A stretch of DNA of 64,000 nucleotides from an uncultured Spirochaetota bacterium (GTDB lineage: Bacteria > Spirochaetota > Spirochaetia > SZUA-6 > Fen-1364): NCBI GenBank assembly GCA_963820525.1, contig CAWGAA010000003.1, forward strand, positions 352,779 to 416,778, in the 5' to 3' direction. This document shows, piece after piece, positions 42,431 to 51,671 of this stretch. The notes under the pieces were generated by a model that was given only the letters and a program-made list of their open reading frames with translations, searched no databases and was not told the origin of the DNA. Each line of letters begins with the position of its first letter. The first letter of the stretch is position 1. The position numbers and the translations under genes were made by a program.

Positions 42431-42964
42431 CTACCGGCGATTCAGGTTCAGCGGAACGCGGAAGCTGCGGAACTTGAGGGGAAGAAACATCGGTACTCGC
42501 GCCTGGTATTTCCGGTATTCAGCCCCGAATTTCTTGACTAAAAGCAGCTCTTCATATTTCGCCGCCAGGTAGTAGAAAAGAAAGATCAAGAGGCTCACGG
42601 CCGCGGAAGACACGGAAAGAGTCATTATGACGAGGCCAAGAGAGAACACCCATGAGCCAAGATACATCGGATGGCGGACGAACGAGAAAACCCCCTTGCT
42701 GATGACGCCGGGTTCCCGGTCGGGCCCGCCGAAAACGGCCTTGTGCGCCGACAGGGCAAGAAAAGCGGAAGCGACCAATGCCGCCCCACCGACAGCAAAG
42801 CGAATGGAGACGGGCACATGGACCGCGAGGAAAACGGAGTAACGAAAAAGGAAGGAGTCGGTGATCCAGGTGGCCAGAAAAATCGTAAAAAGGACCAATT
42901 GTCCGATATCGGTCAAGGCATGCTCGCCGGCCATCCCATGCCTGTTGGAATTTTGTGCACCCAT
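42431..42964 (-). CDS. isoprenylcysteine carboxyl methyltransferase (ICMT)/phospholipid methyltransferase family membrane protein
   Basis: Multi-TM with VRHPMYLG and C-terminal EE..L...FG..Y..Y motif. Start set at MGAQ preceded by GAGGAGG. Confidence 0.65.
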   Translation of the reverse strand: MGAQNSNRHGMAGEHALTDIGQLVLFTIFLATWITDSFLFRYSVFLAVHVPVSIRFAVGGAALVASAFLALSAHKAVFGGPDREPGVISKGVFSFVRHPMYLGSWVFSLGLVIMTLSVSSAAVSLLIFLFYYLAAKYEELLLVKKFGAEYRKYQARVPMFLPLKFRSFRVPLNLNRR

Positions 42965-43059
42965 CGTGTGGACCTCCTCGTGTTCTTTCACCCACACAGA
43001 CGGTCTAGGGGTGGGCTTATTGCATATCGGGTCCTGATTGCCGTGGCAATGTTAGGGGC

Positions 43060-43088
43060 TTGTAAGATTTTTCGGTATGCCGTATAAT
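43060..43088 (+). promoter_or_regulatory. sigma70-like promoter TTGTAA-N17-TATAAT upstream of dtxR-like gene, with adjacent TTCGG/CCGAA repeats
   Basis: -35/-10 hexamers with 17-bp spacing; possible metalloregulator box TTCGGTGTTCCGAA just downstream. Confidence 0.3.
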
Positions 43089-43115
43089 ATTCGGTGTTCC
43101 GAAGAAGGAGTAAGA

Positions 43116-43643
43116 ATGGACGCGAAAGCGCTGAGCGAAAGCCTCGAGGATTACCTGGAGGCCATTCATCACATCGTGCGGGCAAAAGGTGCCGCTCGGG
43201 CAAAAGACATTTCGCAGCGGCTCAAGGTAAACCGCTCCTCGGTCACCGGTGCCCTGCGCGCACTCGCGGAGAAGAATCTGGTAAACTATGCCCCCTATGA
43301 CCTGGTAACACTGACCCCGGAGGGCGGGCGTGTTGCAGAGCGCATCGTTCACCGCCATGAGGTTCTCAAGGATTTCATAAGCCGTGTGCTCGGACTGGAA
43401 GAACGGATAGCCGAGGAAGACGCCTGCCGGATGGAGCATGCGGTTTCAGAGCCGGTCCTGGATCGACTTGCGCAGTTCATTGACTTCATCCGTATCTGTC
43501 CCCGGATCGACATCCACTGGATAGAGGAAATCGGCTACTTCTGTCGCAGACCCGACACGCTGGAGGATTGTGAACGGTGCATGCAGGCATCGCTTGGCAG
43601 CCTCGGAAAGAAACGGGATGGAGATGGAAAGATATCTCACTGA
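43116..43643 (+). CDS. DtxR/MntR family metal-dependent transcriptional regulator
   Basis: N-terminal wHTH (SESLEDYLEAIHHI...ISQRLKVNRSSVTGALRAL), dimerisation and metal-site residues. RBS GAAGGAG. Confidence 0.8.
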   Translation: MDAKALSESLEDYLEAIHHIVRAKGAARAKDISQRLKVNRSSVTGALRALAEKNLVNYAPYDLVTLTPEGGRVAERIVHRHEVLKDFISRVLGLEERIAEEDACRMEHAVSEPVLDRLAQFIDFIRICPRIDIHWIEEIGYFCRRPDTLEDCERCMQASLGSLGKKRDGDGKISH

Positions 43644-43869
43644 CCTGGCCAAAGGCGAAGAAGGGATCATCGTCGCTCTCCAGGGCGGCTCGGGCATGCA
43701 GCAGCGTCTACGCCGCCTGGGTTTGGACGAAGGGCAGGCGATCCGCAAGCTCTCCGATCTGGCCTTGGGCGGCCCGGTGATCGTCCTGGTCAACCGGACC
43801 CAGGTGGCGATCGGCCGAGGCATGGCCAGCAGGATCCTGGTCCGCCCCGGCACCGCGGCAGGCGCGTAA
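43618..43869 (+). CDS. feoA: ferrous iron transport protein FeoA
   Basis: 83 aa SH3-like FeoA (LAKGEEGIIVAL...RLRRLGLDEGQAI). Confidence 0.75.
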   Translation: MEMERYLTDLAKGEEGIIVALQGGSGMQQRLRRLGLDEGQAIRKLSDLALGGPVIVLVNRTQVAIGRGMASRILVRPGTAAGA

Positions 43870-43879
43870 GGAGGGGCTG

Positions 43880-45748
43880 ATGAGCCGGGCCAAGGACCGA
43901 ATCCGGACGCAGAGCGACATCCTGCTTGTGGGACAGCCCAATGTCGGCAAGAGCGTCCTGTTTTCGCGCTTGACCGGCGTGCGCACGATCGCTTCGAATT
44001 ACCCCGGCACGACGGTCACCTTCACGTGCGGCCGCCTGAGCGCCGGCGGGGCAAACTTCCTCGTGGTGGACGCTCCCGGAACCTACTCCCTGGAACCCTT
44101 CGACGAGGCGGCCAGAGTTGCCGTAGATCTGCTTGCCGGTGCCCGGCGGATCGTGAACGTGGTGGACGCCACCCACATGGAGCGGCACTTGCCGCTCACT
44201 CTCGAGCTCATCGCGCAGAGCAAGCCTCTGGTCATAGCCCTGAACATGAGCGACGAAGCCCGCCATCTGGGAATCGCCATCGATTCCGCCCGCTTGGCCG
44301 CGAGGCTCGGCGTTCCGGTCGTTCCCATCGTGGCCCGCAGCGGCGAAGGGGTAAGGAGGCTGGTCGAGGCGGTGCTGTTCCTACCCGCGGCAGAGCAGAC
44401 CGGGGGTGAGCCAGCACCCCTGCGGCAACCCTCTCCTCACCTGCCGCGGGCAGCCGGCCATGCTCACGCGACCGGGGCGGAGCACCTGCATCTGGATCGG
44501 GATCGGATCTGGCAGCGCATCGGCGGGCTGGTGGACGAGGTCCAGACCATTGTCCACCATCATCACAGCTTCGGAGAAAGGCTGGAGGAGTGGAGCATTC
44601 ACCCGGTGTGGGGCAGCCTGGTCGCCCTGCTTGTGCTCGCCGCTTCCTTTTCCCTGGTTCGTCTGATAGGGGAGTTTCTCATCGGGGGGACCGTCGGCAT
44701 CGTCGGTTCAGCGTGGTTCCAGGTGCCTTTCGGCACGAAACTTCTCTTCGAACGCGCGTTGGAGCCGCTTCTGACGGCGCTTTCCGGGCTTCTGGGCCCC
44801 GGCTCCTTCCTGCACCGTCTCCTCATCGGCTCCCTGGTGGACGGCCGGATCTCCTTCGAACAGTCCTTCGGCCTGCTCACCTCGGGGCTGTTCATCCCTC
44901 TGGGCATCGTGCTGCCCTACCTGTTGTCTTTCTACTTCGTCCTGGCCCTGCTGGAAGACAGCGGGTACCTCCCGCGGTTGGCGGTGTTCCTGGACAATAT
45001 CATGCACCGCCTCGGTCTGCATGGGTACGCCATCATCCCCACCCTCCTCGGCCTTGGCTGCAACGTGCCCGGGATCATGGCTACGCGCATCCTCGAAACC
45101 CGCGGGCAGCGTTTCGTCACAGCCACCCTCATCTCGATTGCCGTGCCCTGCGCCGCCCTGCAGGCCATGATTGTCGGCATCCTCGGCGGCCGCGGACCGG
45201 GGCCGGTTCTCCTGGTCTACGCGATCCTGTTCGTAGTCTGGGTCCTCATCAGCCTGGCACTGCGCTTCACCTCGCGGGGATTCCGTCCCGAGCTCCTGGT
45301 GGAGATCCCCCCCTACCGGCTGCCCACCGCGCGGGCAATCCTGACCAAGCTGTGGATCCGCATCTCCGGTTTCCTGCGCGAAGCGCTTCCGATCATTTTC
45401 GCCGCCGTTCTGGTAGTGAACATCCTGTACCAGCTGGAGGTATTCGAAGCGCTGGCCCGCTTCGCCGCCCCATTGGTCACGCGGCTCTGGGGAATGCCCC
45501 AGGAGTCCATCGTCCCGCTTTTGGTAGGAATCCTGCGTAAAGATCTGGCGCTGGGCATGTTCGTACCCCTTCACCTGAGTACCAAACAGCTGGTGATCGG
45601 CAGCGTGCTGCTGGCCATGTTTTTCCCCTGCCTGGCAACTTGCGTGGTCCTTTTCCGGGAGCTGGGCCTGCGGGGCGGCCTGAAGTCACTGGGAGTGATG
45701 CTGCTCGCGGTGATCGTGACCGGAGCGCTGCTCAATCTGATTCTCTAG
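43880..45748 (+). CDS. feoB: ferrous iron transport protein FeoB
   Basis: N-terminal G-domain (LVGQPNVGKS, DAPG, NMSD) plus polytopic membrane domain with Gate motifs. Confidence 0.9.
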   Translation: MSRAKDRIRTQSDILLVGQPNVGKSVLFSRLTGVRTIASNYPGTTVTFTCGRLSAGGANFLVVDAPGTYSLEPFDEAARVAVDLLAGARRIVNVVDATHMERHLPLTLELIAQSKPLVIALNMSDEARHLGIAIDSARLAARLGVPVVPIVARSGEGVRRLVEAVLFLPAAEQTGGEPAPLRQPSPHLPRAAGHAHATGAEHLHLDRDRIWQRIGGLVDEVQTIVHHHHSFGERLEEWSIHPVWGSLVALLVLAASFSLVRLIGEFLIGGTVGIVGSAWFQVPFGTKLLFERALEPLLTALSGLLGPGSFLHRLLIGSLVDGRISFEQSFGLLTSGLFIPLGIVLPYLLSFYFVLALLEDSGYLPRLAVFLDNIMHRLGLHGYAIIPTLLGLGCNVPGIMATRILETRGQRFVTATLISIAVPCAALQAMIVGILGGRGPGPVLLVYAILFVVWVLISLALRFTSRGFRPELLVEIPPYRLPTARAILTKLWIRISGFLREALPIIFAAVLVVNILYQLEVFEALARFAAPLVTRLWGMPQESIVPLLVGILRKDLALGMFVPLHLSTKQLVIGSVLLAMFFPCLATCVVLFRELGLRGGLKSLGVMLLAVIVTGALLNLIL

Positions 45749-45797
45749 GAGGCCGGACTGATTCAGCTTACAACACCGGCAATCCGAACAGGCGCAA

Positions 45798-45826
45798 TTG
45801 ACAGGTTTATCGGTACGGAGTAGAGT
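45798..45826 (+). promoter_or_regulatory. sigma70-like promoter TTGACA-N17-TAGAGT
   Basis: Consensus -35 hexamer with 17-bp spacer upstream of the FmdE-like gene. Confidence 0.3.
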
Positions 45827-45860
45827 AACACGATATTATTTTTCGTAGCACTATCTAGCC

Positions 45861-46568
45861 ATGATTCAGGGAGGGCCGGTTGATATGAACGAAGAACAGC
45901 CCAGGCAGTCAATCGAAGAAGCCATCGCCGCCGGCGACCTGCGAAAACTGCTCGTGATCAGCGGCATGCTCCATGGTCATTACTGTCCGTTCTCCGCCCT
46001 CGGCGTCAAGGCGGGGGCCTATGCGATGAGGAAGCTGGGCGCACGCTCCACCGGGATGGAGGACCTGGTCGCCATCGTGGAAACCAACAACTGTTTCAGC
46101 GACGGCGTCCAGATCGTGACAGGCTGCACCTTCGGGAACAACGCCCTGATCTTCCGCGACTGCGGCAAGACCGCGTTCACGCTCGCCCACAGGACGGGAG
46201 AGGGTTTGCGGATATCGGTGAGGGCCGACAGGGTGATGGAAGAGCGCTCTGCGGAATGCGCGGAGCTCTTTGAAAAAGTCGTCGTGCAACGCAGCGGCAG
46301 CAAAGAAGAGGAAAGGCGGATGGGGGGGTTGTGGAAAGAACTCTCCTTCCGGGTTATCCAACTTCCCGATGAGGAGGTTTTTGATATCAAGACGGTGCCC
46401 GTCGAGATCCCCCGCTATGCTCGGATTTTCGCCAGCGTGAAGTGCTCCGTGTGCGGCGAGAACGTCATGGAACCGAGAGCCAGGATGAAAGGGGGCCAAC
46501 CCGTGTGCCTGGCCTGCGCGGGCAGCGAATATTACCAGCTCGCCGGTGACGGCATCTCAACCGTTTGA
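45861..46568 (+). CDS. FmdE family protein with C-terminal zinc ribbon
   Basis: FmdE-like core (HGHYCPFSALGVKAG...) and C-terminal CxxC...CxxC (CSVCGENV...CLAC). Confidence 0.65.
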   Translation: MIQGGPVDMNEEQPRQSIEEAIAAGDLRKLLVISGMLHGHYCPFSALGVKAGAYAMRKLGARSTGMEDLVAIVETNNCFSDGVQIVTGCTFGNNALIFRDCGKTAFTLAHRTGEGLRISVRADRVMEERSAECAELFEKVVVQRSGSKEEERRMGGLWKELSFRVIQLPDEEVFDIKTVPVEIPRYARIFASVKCSVCGENVMEPRARMKGGQPVCLACAGSEYYQLAGDGISTV

Positions 46569-46773
46569 AAACGGGAATAGTGATATCGGTATTATAAAAG
46601 GCATCGCTTGCGCTGTCCGCGGCAACCGCATACGCGGTCGCATATTCGCTACCATCAAATGACCAGATGGTCGCGATTCTGCTACTCGGGCTTCACACAA
46701 GGCAATGTCTTATACTCCGACAACTCTTTGTAAAGAAAGAAAATAAATCCATTCTCGGCCTTCAATAATAGAA

Positions 46774-46789
46774 TGGCACGCATTTTGCA
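46774..46789 (+). promoter_or_regulatory. sigma54 (-24/-12) promoter TGGCAC-N5-TTGCA
   Basis: TGGCACGCATTTTGCA, GG-N10-GC, same spacing to the ATG (46815) as the copy at 40762. Confidence 0.65.
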
Positions 46790-46814
46790 CATCCATGGCA
46801 GTGAGACCACATTC

Positions 46815-47204
46815 ATGAAAGTGGCAATTTCCACATGGAACGGAAGGATATCGCCGGTCTTCGACGTGGCGCGCACGCTGTTGGTGCTGGAAATCGGGGA
46901 AGAGGGAATCGCCGAAAGGCGCGAGCAATCCCTCGGTGACGGTCCCGCGGGGCGGATAGAGCGGATTGCCGATGCCGGAGTGCAGGTCTTGCTGTGTGGA
47001 GCGATATCGCAACCGCTGGCGGGGATGCTCGCCGCGCGGGGAGTGAGGGTTGTCCCTTTTATTTCCGGCGATGTCGAGGAAGTAATCCGGGCGTACCTTG
47101 CCGGAGCCCTCGACTGCCCTCGGTTCGCCATGCCAGGTTGCGGCGGGCGACGCATGAGACTGAGAGGAGGCGGGCGCGGCTGCGGGAGGAAAGACGGCCG
47201 GTGA
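46815..47204 (+). CDS. dinitrogenase FeMo-cofactor-binding domain protein (NifX/NafY/NifB-C-terminal-like, Nitro_FeMo-Co)
   Basis: MKVAISTWNGRISPVFDVARTLLVLEIGE... typical of the family. C-terminal Gly/Arg/Cys-rich tail. Confidence 0.75.
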   Translation: MKVAISTWNGRISPVFDVARTLLVLEIGEEGIAERREQSLGDGPAGRIERIADAGVQVLLCGAISQPLAGMLAARGVRVVPFISGDVEEVIRAYLAGALDCPRFAMPGCGGRRMRLRGGGRGCGRKDGR

Positions 47205-47240
47205 CGGGCGAAGAGAATTTACCATGAAGGAGGCATCGTC

Positions 47241-47651
47241 ATGCCAAGAGGAGATGGAACGGGACCTATGGGATTTGGACCGATGACGGGAAGGGCCGCC
47301 GGGTATTGCGCCGGCTTCGGCATGCCGGGATTCATGAACCCGGTCCCCGGATTCGGGGCGGGAGCCCGTTTGGGCCGCGGGCGTGGAGCGGGGTTCTGGG
47401 GCGGCGGAGGAGGCCGAGGCTGGAGGAACATGTTCTACGCCACGGGGCTTGCGGGCTGGCAGCGGGCGGCCATGGGCTGGCCCGCGTTCGCCGGGGGGTT
47501 CTACGGAGCGCCCGCGGCCCCGGCGATGACCAGGGAGCAGCAGGTGGAGACGCTCAAGGATCAGGCGGAGTTGCTGGAGGAGCAACTCGGCGCGATCAAG
47601 AGGCGCATGGAGGAGTTGTCGGCTGCGGGTTCCGCGGAGGCGGAGAAATGA
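47241..47651 (+). CDS. Gly/Met/Pro-rich DUF5320-like protein with C-terminal coiled-coil
   Basis: MPRGDGTGPMGFGPMTGRAAGYCAGFGMPGFMNP... N-terminus, as seen in the family accompanying NifX-like genes in anaerobes (assignment from memory). Confidence 0.5.
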   Translation: MPRGDGTGPMGFGPMTGRAAGYCAGFGMPGFMNPVPGFGAGARLGRGRGAGFWGGGGGRGWRNMFYATGLAGWQRAAMGWPAFAGGFYGAPAAPAMTREQQVETLKDQAELLEEQLGAIKRRMEELSAAGSAEAEK

Positions 47652-48010
47652 AGATCGCGATAAGCTCCCGCGGGGATGCGCTGGGCGCCGCCGTCGACCC
47701 GCGCTTCGGGCGCGCCGCGAAGTTCATCCTGTTCGATACCGCGACCGGCTCTTTCGAGGTCCGCGACAATGCCCAGAGCCTCAACGCCGCGCAGGGCGCG
47801 GGCATCCAGGCGGCGGAGACGATCTCCCGCCTCGGGGCCCAAGCTGTCATCACGGGCCACTGCGGGCCGAAGGCTTTCCGGACGCTGCAGGCGGCGGGCA
47901 TCCAGGTGGTGACCGGCGCCCAGGGCACGGTGGCCGACGTAGTGGATGCTTTTCGCAAAGGGACGCTCAGACCGGCCGAATCCGCCGACGTGGAAGGGCA
48001 TTGGGCGTGA
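47648..48010 (+). CDS. dinitrogenase FeMo-cofactor-binding domain protein (Nitro_FeMo-Co), second copy
   Basis: MKIAISSRGDALGAAVDPRFGRAAKFILFDTATGSFEV... ATGA overlap with the upstream gene. Confidence 0.75.
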   Translation: MKIAISSRGDALGAAVDPRFGRAAKFILFDTATGSFEVRDNAQSLNAAQGAGIQAAETISRLGAQAVITGHCGPKAFRTLQAAGIQVVTGAQGTVADVVDAFRKGTLRPAESADVEGHWA

Positions 48011-48024
48011 GCCGCCCCTCCCAG

Positions 48025-49005
48025 ATGGAAGGGTCTGCGATACTCGAGGTGGAGGGCATACGAAAATCTTTTGGAGCGGTGCGGGCGGTGGGCGGCGTAT
48101 CGTTCACCGTATGCGCGGGCGAGCTGTTCGGCTTTCTGGGTCCCAATGGCGCGGGAAAGACCACGACGATCAACATGCTCACCGGTCTTGCGCGCCCGGA
48201 TGCCGGCACGATCCGCATCGCGGGCGTCGACTGCTCGCGAAATCCCAAGGCCGCCCAACACCTGATGGGCATCGTGCCCGACGAGAGCAATCTCTACCCC
48301 GAGTTGACGGGCTTTGAGAACCTGTGCTTTTGCGCGGCCTTGTATGGAATGCCCCGGCGGGCCCGCGAAGAGGCCGCGCGCGGATCGCTCGTCCGCTTCG
48401 GCCTGGAAGAGGCGGCCCGCAGGAAGGTCGCCGGATATTCGCGGGGCATGAAGCGGAAGCTCACGATCGCCGCCGGCATCATCCACAGCCCCAAAATCCT
48501 GTTCCTCGACGAGCCGACCACGGGCATCGATGTCGCCGCCGCCCGACAGATCCGCAGAATCATCGCGGACGTGCAGCTTCACGGAACCACGGTCTTTCTG
48601 ACCACCCATTATATCGAGGAGGCGGAGCGGCTGTGCGGCCGCATTGCGTTCATCGTCGACGGCCGCATTGTCCGCATTGGGGCGATCGAGGAACTGATGC
48701 GGCAGGCCCAGGACAGACACGTCGTGGAGTTCGCGGTCCGCGAAGGAGCGGCGGGACTGTGCGAGGCGATTTGCGCGGAGTTCCCGGCTCTCGAGTGCCA
48801 GGCCGTCATGGACGACGCGGTCCGCGTGACCTCTTCCGCGCCGGTGCGCATCGGTCCCCTGGTGAGGCTCATCGAGGAGCACGGGTCCGAGGTCATCGAG
48901 GCCCGCAAAATCCGGCAGTCGCTGGAGGAAGTGTTCGTGCAGGTAACCGGCGTCGAAGCGGCCGTGATGAAGAAAGAAAATGAAAAAAGGGGAGGCGGCG
49001 CGTGA
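48025..49005 (+). CDS. ABC transporter ATP-binding protein (ABC-2 exporter type)
   Basis: Walker A GPNGAGKTT, signature YSRGMKRKLTIAAG, Walker B LFLDEPTTGID. Confidence 0.85.
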   Translation: MEGSAILEVEGIRKSFGAVRAVGGVSFTVCAGELFGFLGPNGAGKTTTINMLTGLARPDAGTIRIAGVDCSRNPKAAQHLMGIVPDESNLYPELTGFENLCFCAALYGMPRRAREEAARGSLVRFGLEEAARRKVAGYSRGMKRKLTIAAGIIHSPKILFLDEPTTGIDVAAARQIRRIIADVQLHGTTVFLTTHYIEEAERLCGRIAFIVDGRIVRIGAIEELMRQAQDRHVVEFAVREGAAGLCEAICAEFPALECQAVMDDAVRVTSSAPVRIGPLVRLIEEHGSEVIEARKIRQSLEEVFVQVTGVEAAVMKKENEKRGGGA

Positions 49006-49739
49006 AGACATGGATCGCGTTCTGGAGCATCGTGGCGAAGGACGCGCGGACGTACTATCTCAAGCCGCCCAACATCAGCTGGGGGATCATCTTCCCGCTG
49101 GCCTGGGCCGGGATGTTCTTCATCAGATCGGGCAGCGGTCTGCAAGGCGCGCGGGATCTGCTGCCGGGATTGATGGTTTTATCCATTCTTTTCGGCACGA
49201 CGTCGCTCCTGGCGGTCACGGTGACGTTCGAGAAGAAGGGGCGTTCGTTCGAGCGGCTGCTCCTTGCCCCGATCCCGTTGGAACTGCTCATGCTGGCCAA
49301 GACTTTGGGCGCGATTCTCTTCGGCATCGCGAACGCGTTCGTGCCGCTCCTCCTGGCGGCGTTCCTCACCGACCTTCGGAACCTGAACTGGCCGGTTCTT
49401 ATTCCCACCGTCGCGTTGATCGCGGCCGCGTCCACGTTCCTGGGCCTGTTCATAGCGGTCTCCGTCAGTGAAGTATTCGAGGCGCAGACGTTTTCGAACT
49501 TCTTCCGCTTCCCGATGGTCTTTCTCTGCGGCCTTTTCGTCCCCATCGGGCGGCTGCCGCTCTGGCTGCGGCCGCTGGCGTATGTTCTGCCGCTGACATA
49601 CGGCGCCGATGCCGTTCACGGAGCAGTCAATGGAAGCAACGCCATGTCCTACCCGCTCGATATGTCCCTGCTCGGGGCCTTCTGCGTCGGTCTATTCATC
49701 CTGTGCGTCGTCAACCTGAAAAGGAAGTGGATCCAATGA
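49002..49739 (+). CDS. ABC-2 type transporter permease
   Basis: 245 aa, 6 TM, ABC-2 membrane-domain pattern. Overlaps neighbours by 4 nt. Confidence 0.75.
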   Translation: MKTWIAFWSIVAKDARTYYLKPPNISWGIIFPLAWAGMFFIRSGSGLQGARDLLPGLMVLSILFGTTSLLAVTVTFEKKGRSFERLLLAPIPLELLMLAKTLGAILFGIANAFVPLLLAAFLTDLRNLNWPVLIPTVALIAAASTFLGLFIAVSVSEVFEAQTFSNFFRFPMVFLCGLFVPIGRLPLWLRPLAYVLPLTYGADAVHGAVNGSNAMSYPLDMSLLGAFCVGLFILCVVNLKRKWIQ

Positions 49740-50611
49740 TCGTTGCCGTCGCCTCCGGAAAGGGCGGTACCGGAAAAACGACTGTTACCGTGAACCTGGC
49801 GCTTGCCATGGCGGGACCGGTTCGCCTGCTCGACTGCGACGTGGAGGAACCGAACTGCCATATCTTCCTGAATCCGAGCATACGGGCGCGCGAGGTGGTC
49901 GGCATTCCCGTCCCGGCGGTGGACGAGGCGAAGTGCACGGCGTGCGGGGAATGCGGCCGCATCTGCCAATACCACGCCATCGTATCTCTGAAGACCAAGC
50001 CGCTCATCTTCCCGGAGCTGTGCCATGGCTGCGGCGGGTGCGCGAAGGTCTGCCCGACAGGGGCCATATCCGAGATCGAGCACGAGATCGGTGTGGTCGA
50101 AACGGGGAGCGCAGGTGCGGTGGAGCTCGTTCAGGGACGCTTGAAGGTCGGCTTTCCCCTGTCCCCGCCGCTCATCCGCGCCGTGAAGCGTTATCACGAT
50201 GATGGCGGACCGGTCATCATCGACTGCCCGCCCGGAACGTCCTGTCCGGTCATCTCGGCGCTCAGGGGAAGCGACTTCGTCGTGCTCGTGACCGAGCCCA
50301 CGCCGTTCGGCCTGCACGACCTCACCCTCGCCGTCGAAACGGTGCGGCAAATCGGCATCCCTTTCGCCGTGGTGATCAACCGCTCGGACGCGGGAGATGG
50401 GCGTGTGGCGGATTACTGCCGGCAGGAAAGTATCTGTGTCCTTCTCGAGGTGCCCGAGGACAGACGCGTGGCCGAGGCATACTCCCGCGGGCAGGCTGCG
50501 GTGGAGGCGCTGCCGGGATACGGGAGGATCTTCCGGCAGCTGTGGAAAAGCATCGAGGAAGCGGCGGATTCGCGGCGTGCCGCTGAAAGGATGGCCCATG
50601 CCGACGTATGA
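49736..50611 (+). CDS. MinD/ParA-superfamily P-loop ATPase with inserted 4Fe-4S ferredoxin domain
   Basis: Deviant Walker A ASGKGGTGKTT; two CxxCxxC-type clusters (CTACGECGRIC, CHGCGGCAKVC). Confidence 0.8.
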   Translation: MIVAVASGKGGTGKTTVTVNLALAMAGPVRLLDCDVEEPNCHIFLNPSIRAREVVGIPVPAVDEAKCTACGECGRICQYHAIVSLKTKPLIFPELCHGCGGCAKVCPTGAISEIEHEIGVVETGSAGAVELVQGRLKVGFPLSPPLIRAVKRYHDDGGPVIIDCPPGTSCPVISALRGSDFVVLVTEPTPFGLHDLTLAVETVRQIGIPFAVVINRSDAGDGRVADYCRQESICVLLEVPEDRRVAEAYSRGQAAVEALPGYGRIFRQLWKSIEEAADSRRAAERMAHADV

Positions 50612-50855
50612 ATACGAGTGCGCCGCCTGCGGATGCCGATTCGAGCGGTTTCAGGGAATGACCGAGCGGCCGCTGGAGATGTGTCCGGAGTGCGGAGGAG
50701 CCGTGCGTCGACTGATCGGGGCGGGAGCCGCCATACTTCTGAAAGGCGCCGCCTCGCACGGTCACGACAAGGCATGTTCGCTCGAGAGCACCGGCCGTAC
50801 CTGTTGCGGGCGAAACGAGCGGTGCGGCAAGCCGCAGTGCGGGAGTGGCGAATGA
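50598..50855 (+). CDS. FmdB-family zinc-ribbon protein
   Basis: MPTYEYECAACGCRFE...CPECGG pattern typical of the FmdB putative regulatory Zn ribbon. Confidence 0.6.
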   Translation: MPTYEYECAACGCRFERFQGMTERPLEMCPECGGAVRRLIGAGAAILLKGAASHGHDKACSLESTGRTCCGRNERCGKPQCGSGE

Positions 50856-50907
50856 CGGCTCGGCCATACAGGTACTGCCATGAAGACGCCTCAGCGAGGC
50901 CGGCAAA

Positions 50908-51651
50908 ATGACGTTGGCTTTGATCATCCTCTTCTGTCTGCTTGGTTCGGTGATCGCGGTCTGTTTTGCAGGGATAATGCTCCTCCTCAAGGAGGGGGTC
51001 TCCAAGCGCCTCACGGCCCACGCCGTCAATTATGCCACGGGAACGTTGCTCGGAGCGGCGTTTCTCGGCCTGATACCGCAGGCTCTGCATTCTCTGTCCG
51101 GTGAACGCGTTCTTTCGGCGGTCCTGGCAGGAATCGTTCTGTTTTTCCTTCTGGAGAAGCTGATGATTTGGCGCCACTGCCACAGGGGAGAGTGCGAGAT
51201 TCATTCGAGCGCGGGGGCGCTGATCCTCCTCGGCGATTCCATTCACAATTTCGTGGATGGGGTTGCGATCGCCGTGGCATTCTCCGCGTCGATTCCCTTG
51301 GGAATTGCCGCCTCCGTTGCGGTTTTCGCCCACGAGGTACCCCAGGAAGTCGGCGATTTCGCGATCCTGCTGGAAAGCGGCTACTCACGGGCACGCGCGT
51401 TCACATACAACGCGATCTCCAGCACGTCCGCCATTCTGGGAGCCGTCCTCACCTATTTTTTCTTGCTGTCTTTACAAAACGCGGTTCCCTACTTGATGTC
51501 GTTGTCCGCCGCAAGTTTCCTCTATATCGCCCTGGCCGACCTGATCCCGAATCGGCGCGGCGAAGCGAGCCTCCGCGGTTTCGCGTACCAGATCGGGTGG
51601 CTCTTTTTGGGCATTGGCACGATTGCCGCGCTGCATATGCACCGTCAATGA
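50908..51651 (+). CDS. ZIP family metal (Zn/Fe) transporter (ZupT-like)
   Basis: HNFVDGVAIAVAF and HEVPQEVGDFAIL signature helices. Confidence 0.8.
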   Translation: MTLALIILFCLLGSVIAVCFAGIMLLLKEGVSKRLTAHAVNYATGTLLGAAFLGLIPQALHSLSGERVLSAVLAGIVLFFLLEKLMIWRHCHRGECEIHSSAGALILLGDSIHNFVDGVAIAVAFSASIPLGIAASVAVFAHEVPQEVGDFAILLESGYSRARAFTYNAISSTSAILGAVLTYFFLLSLQNAVPYLMSLSAASFLYIALADLIPNRRGEASLRGFAYQIGWLFLGIGTIAALHMHRQ

Positions 51652-51671
51652 CGAGCGTCGAGAGCAATGTC

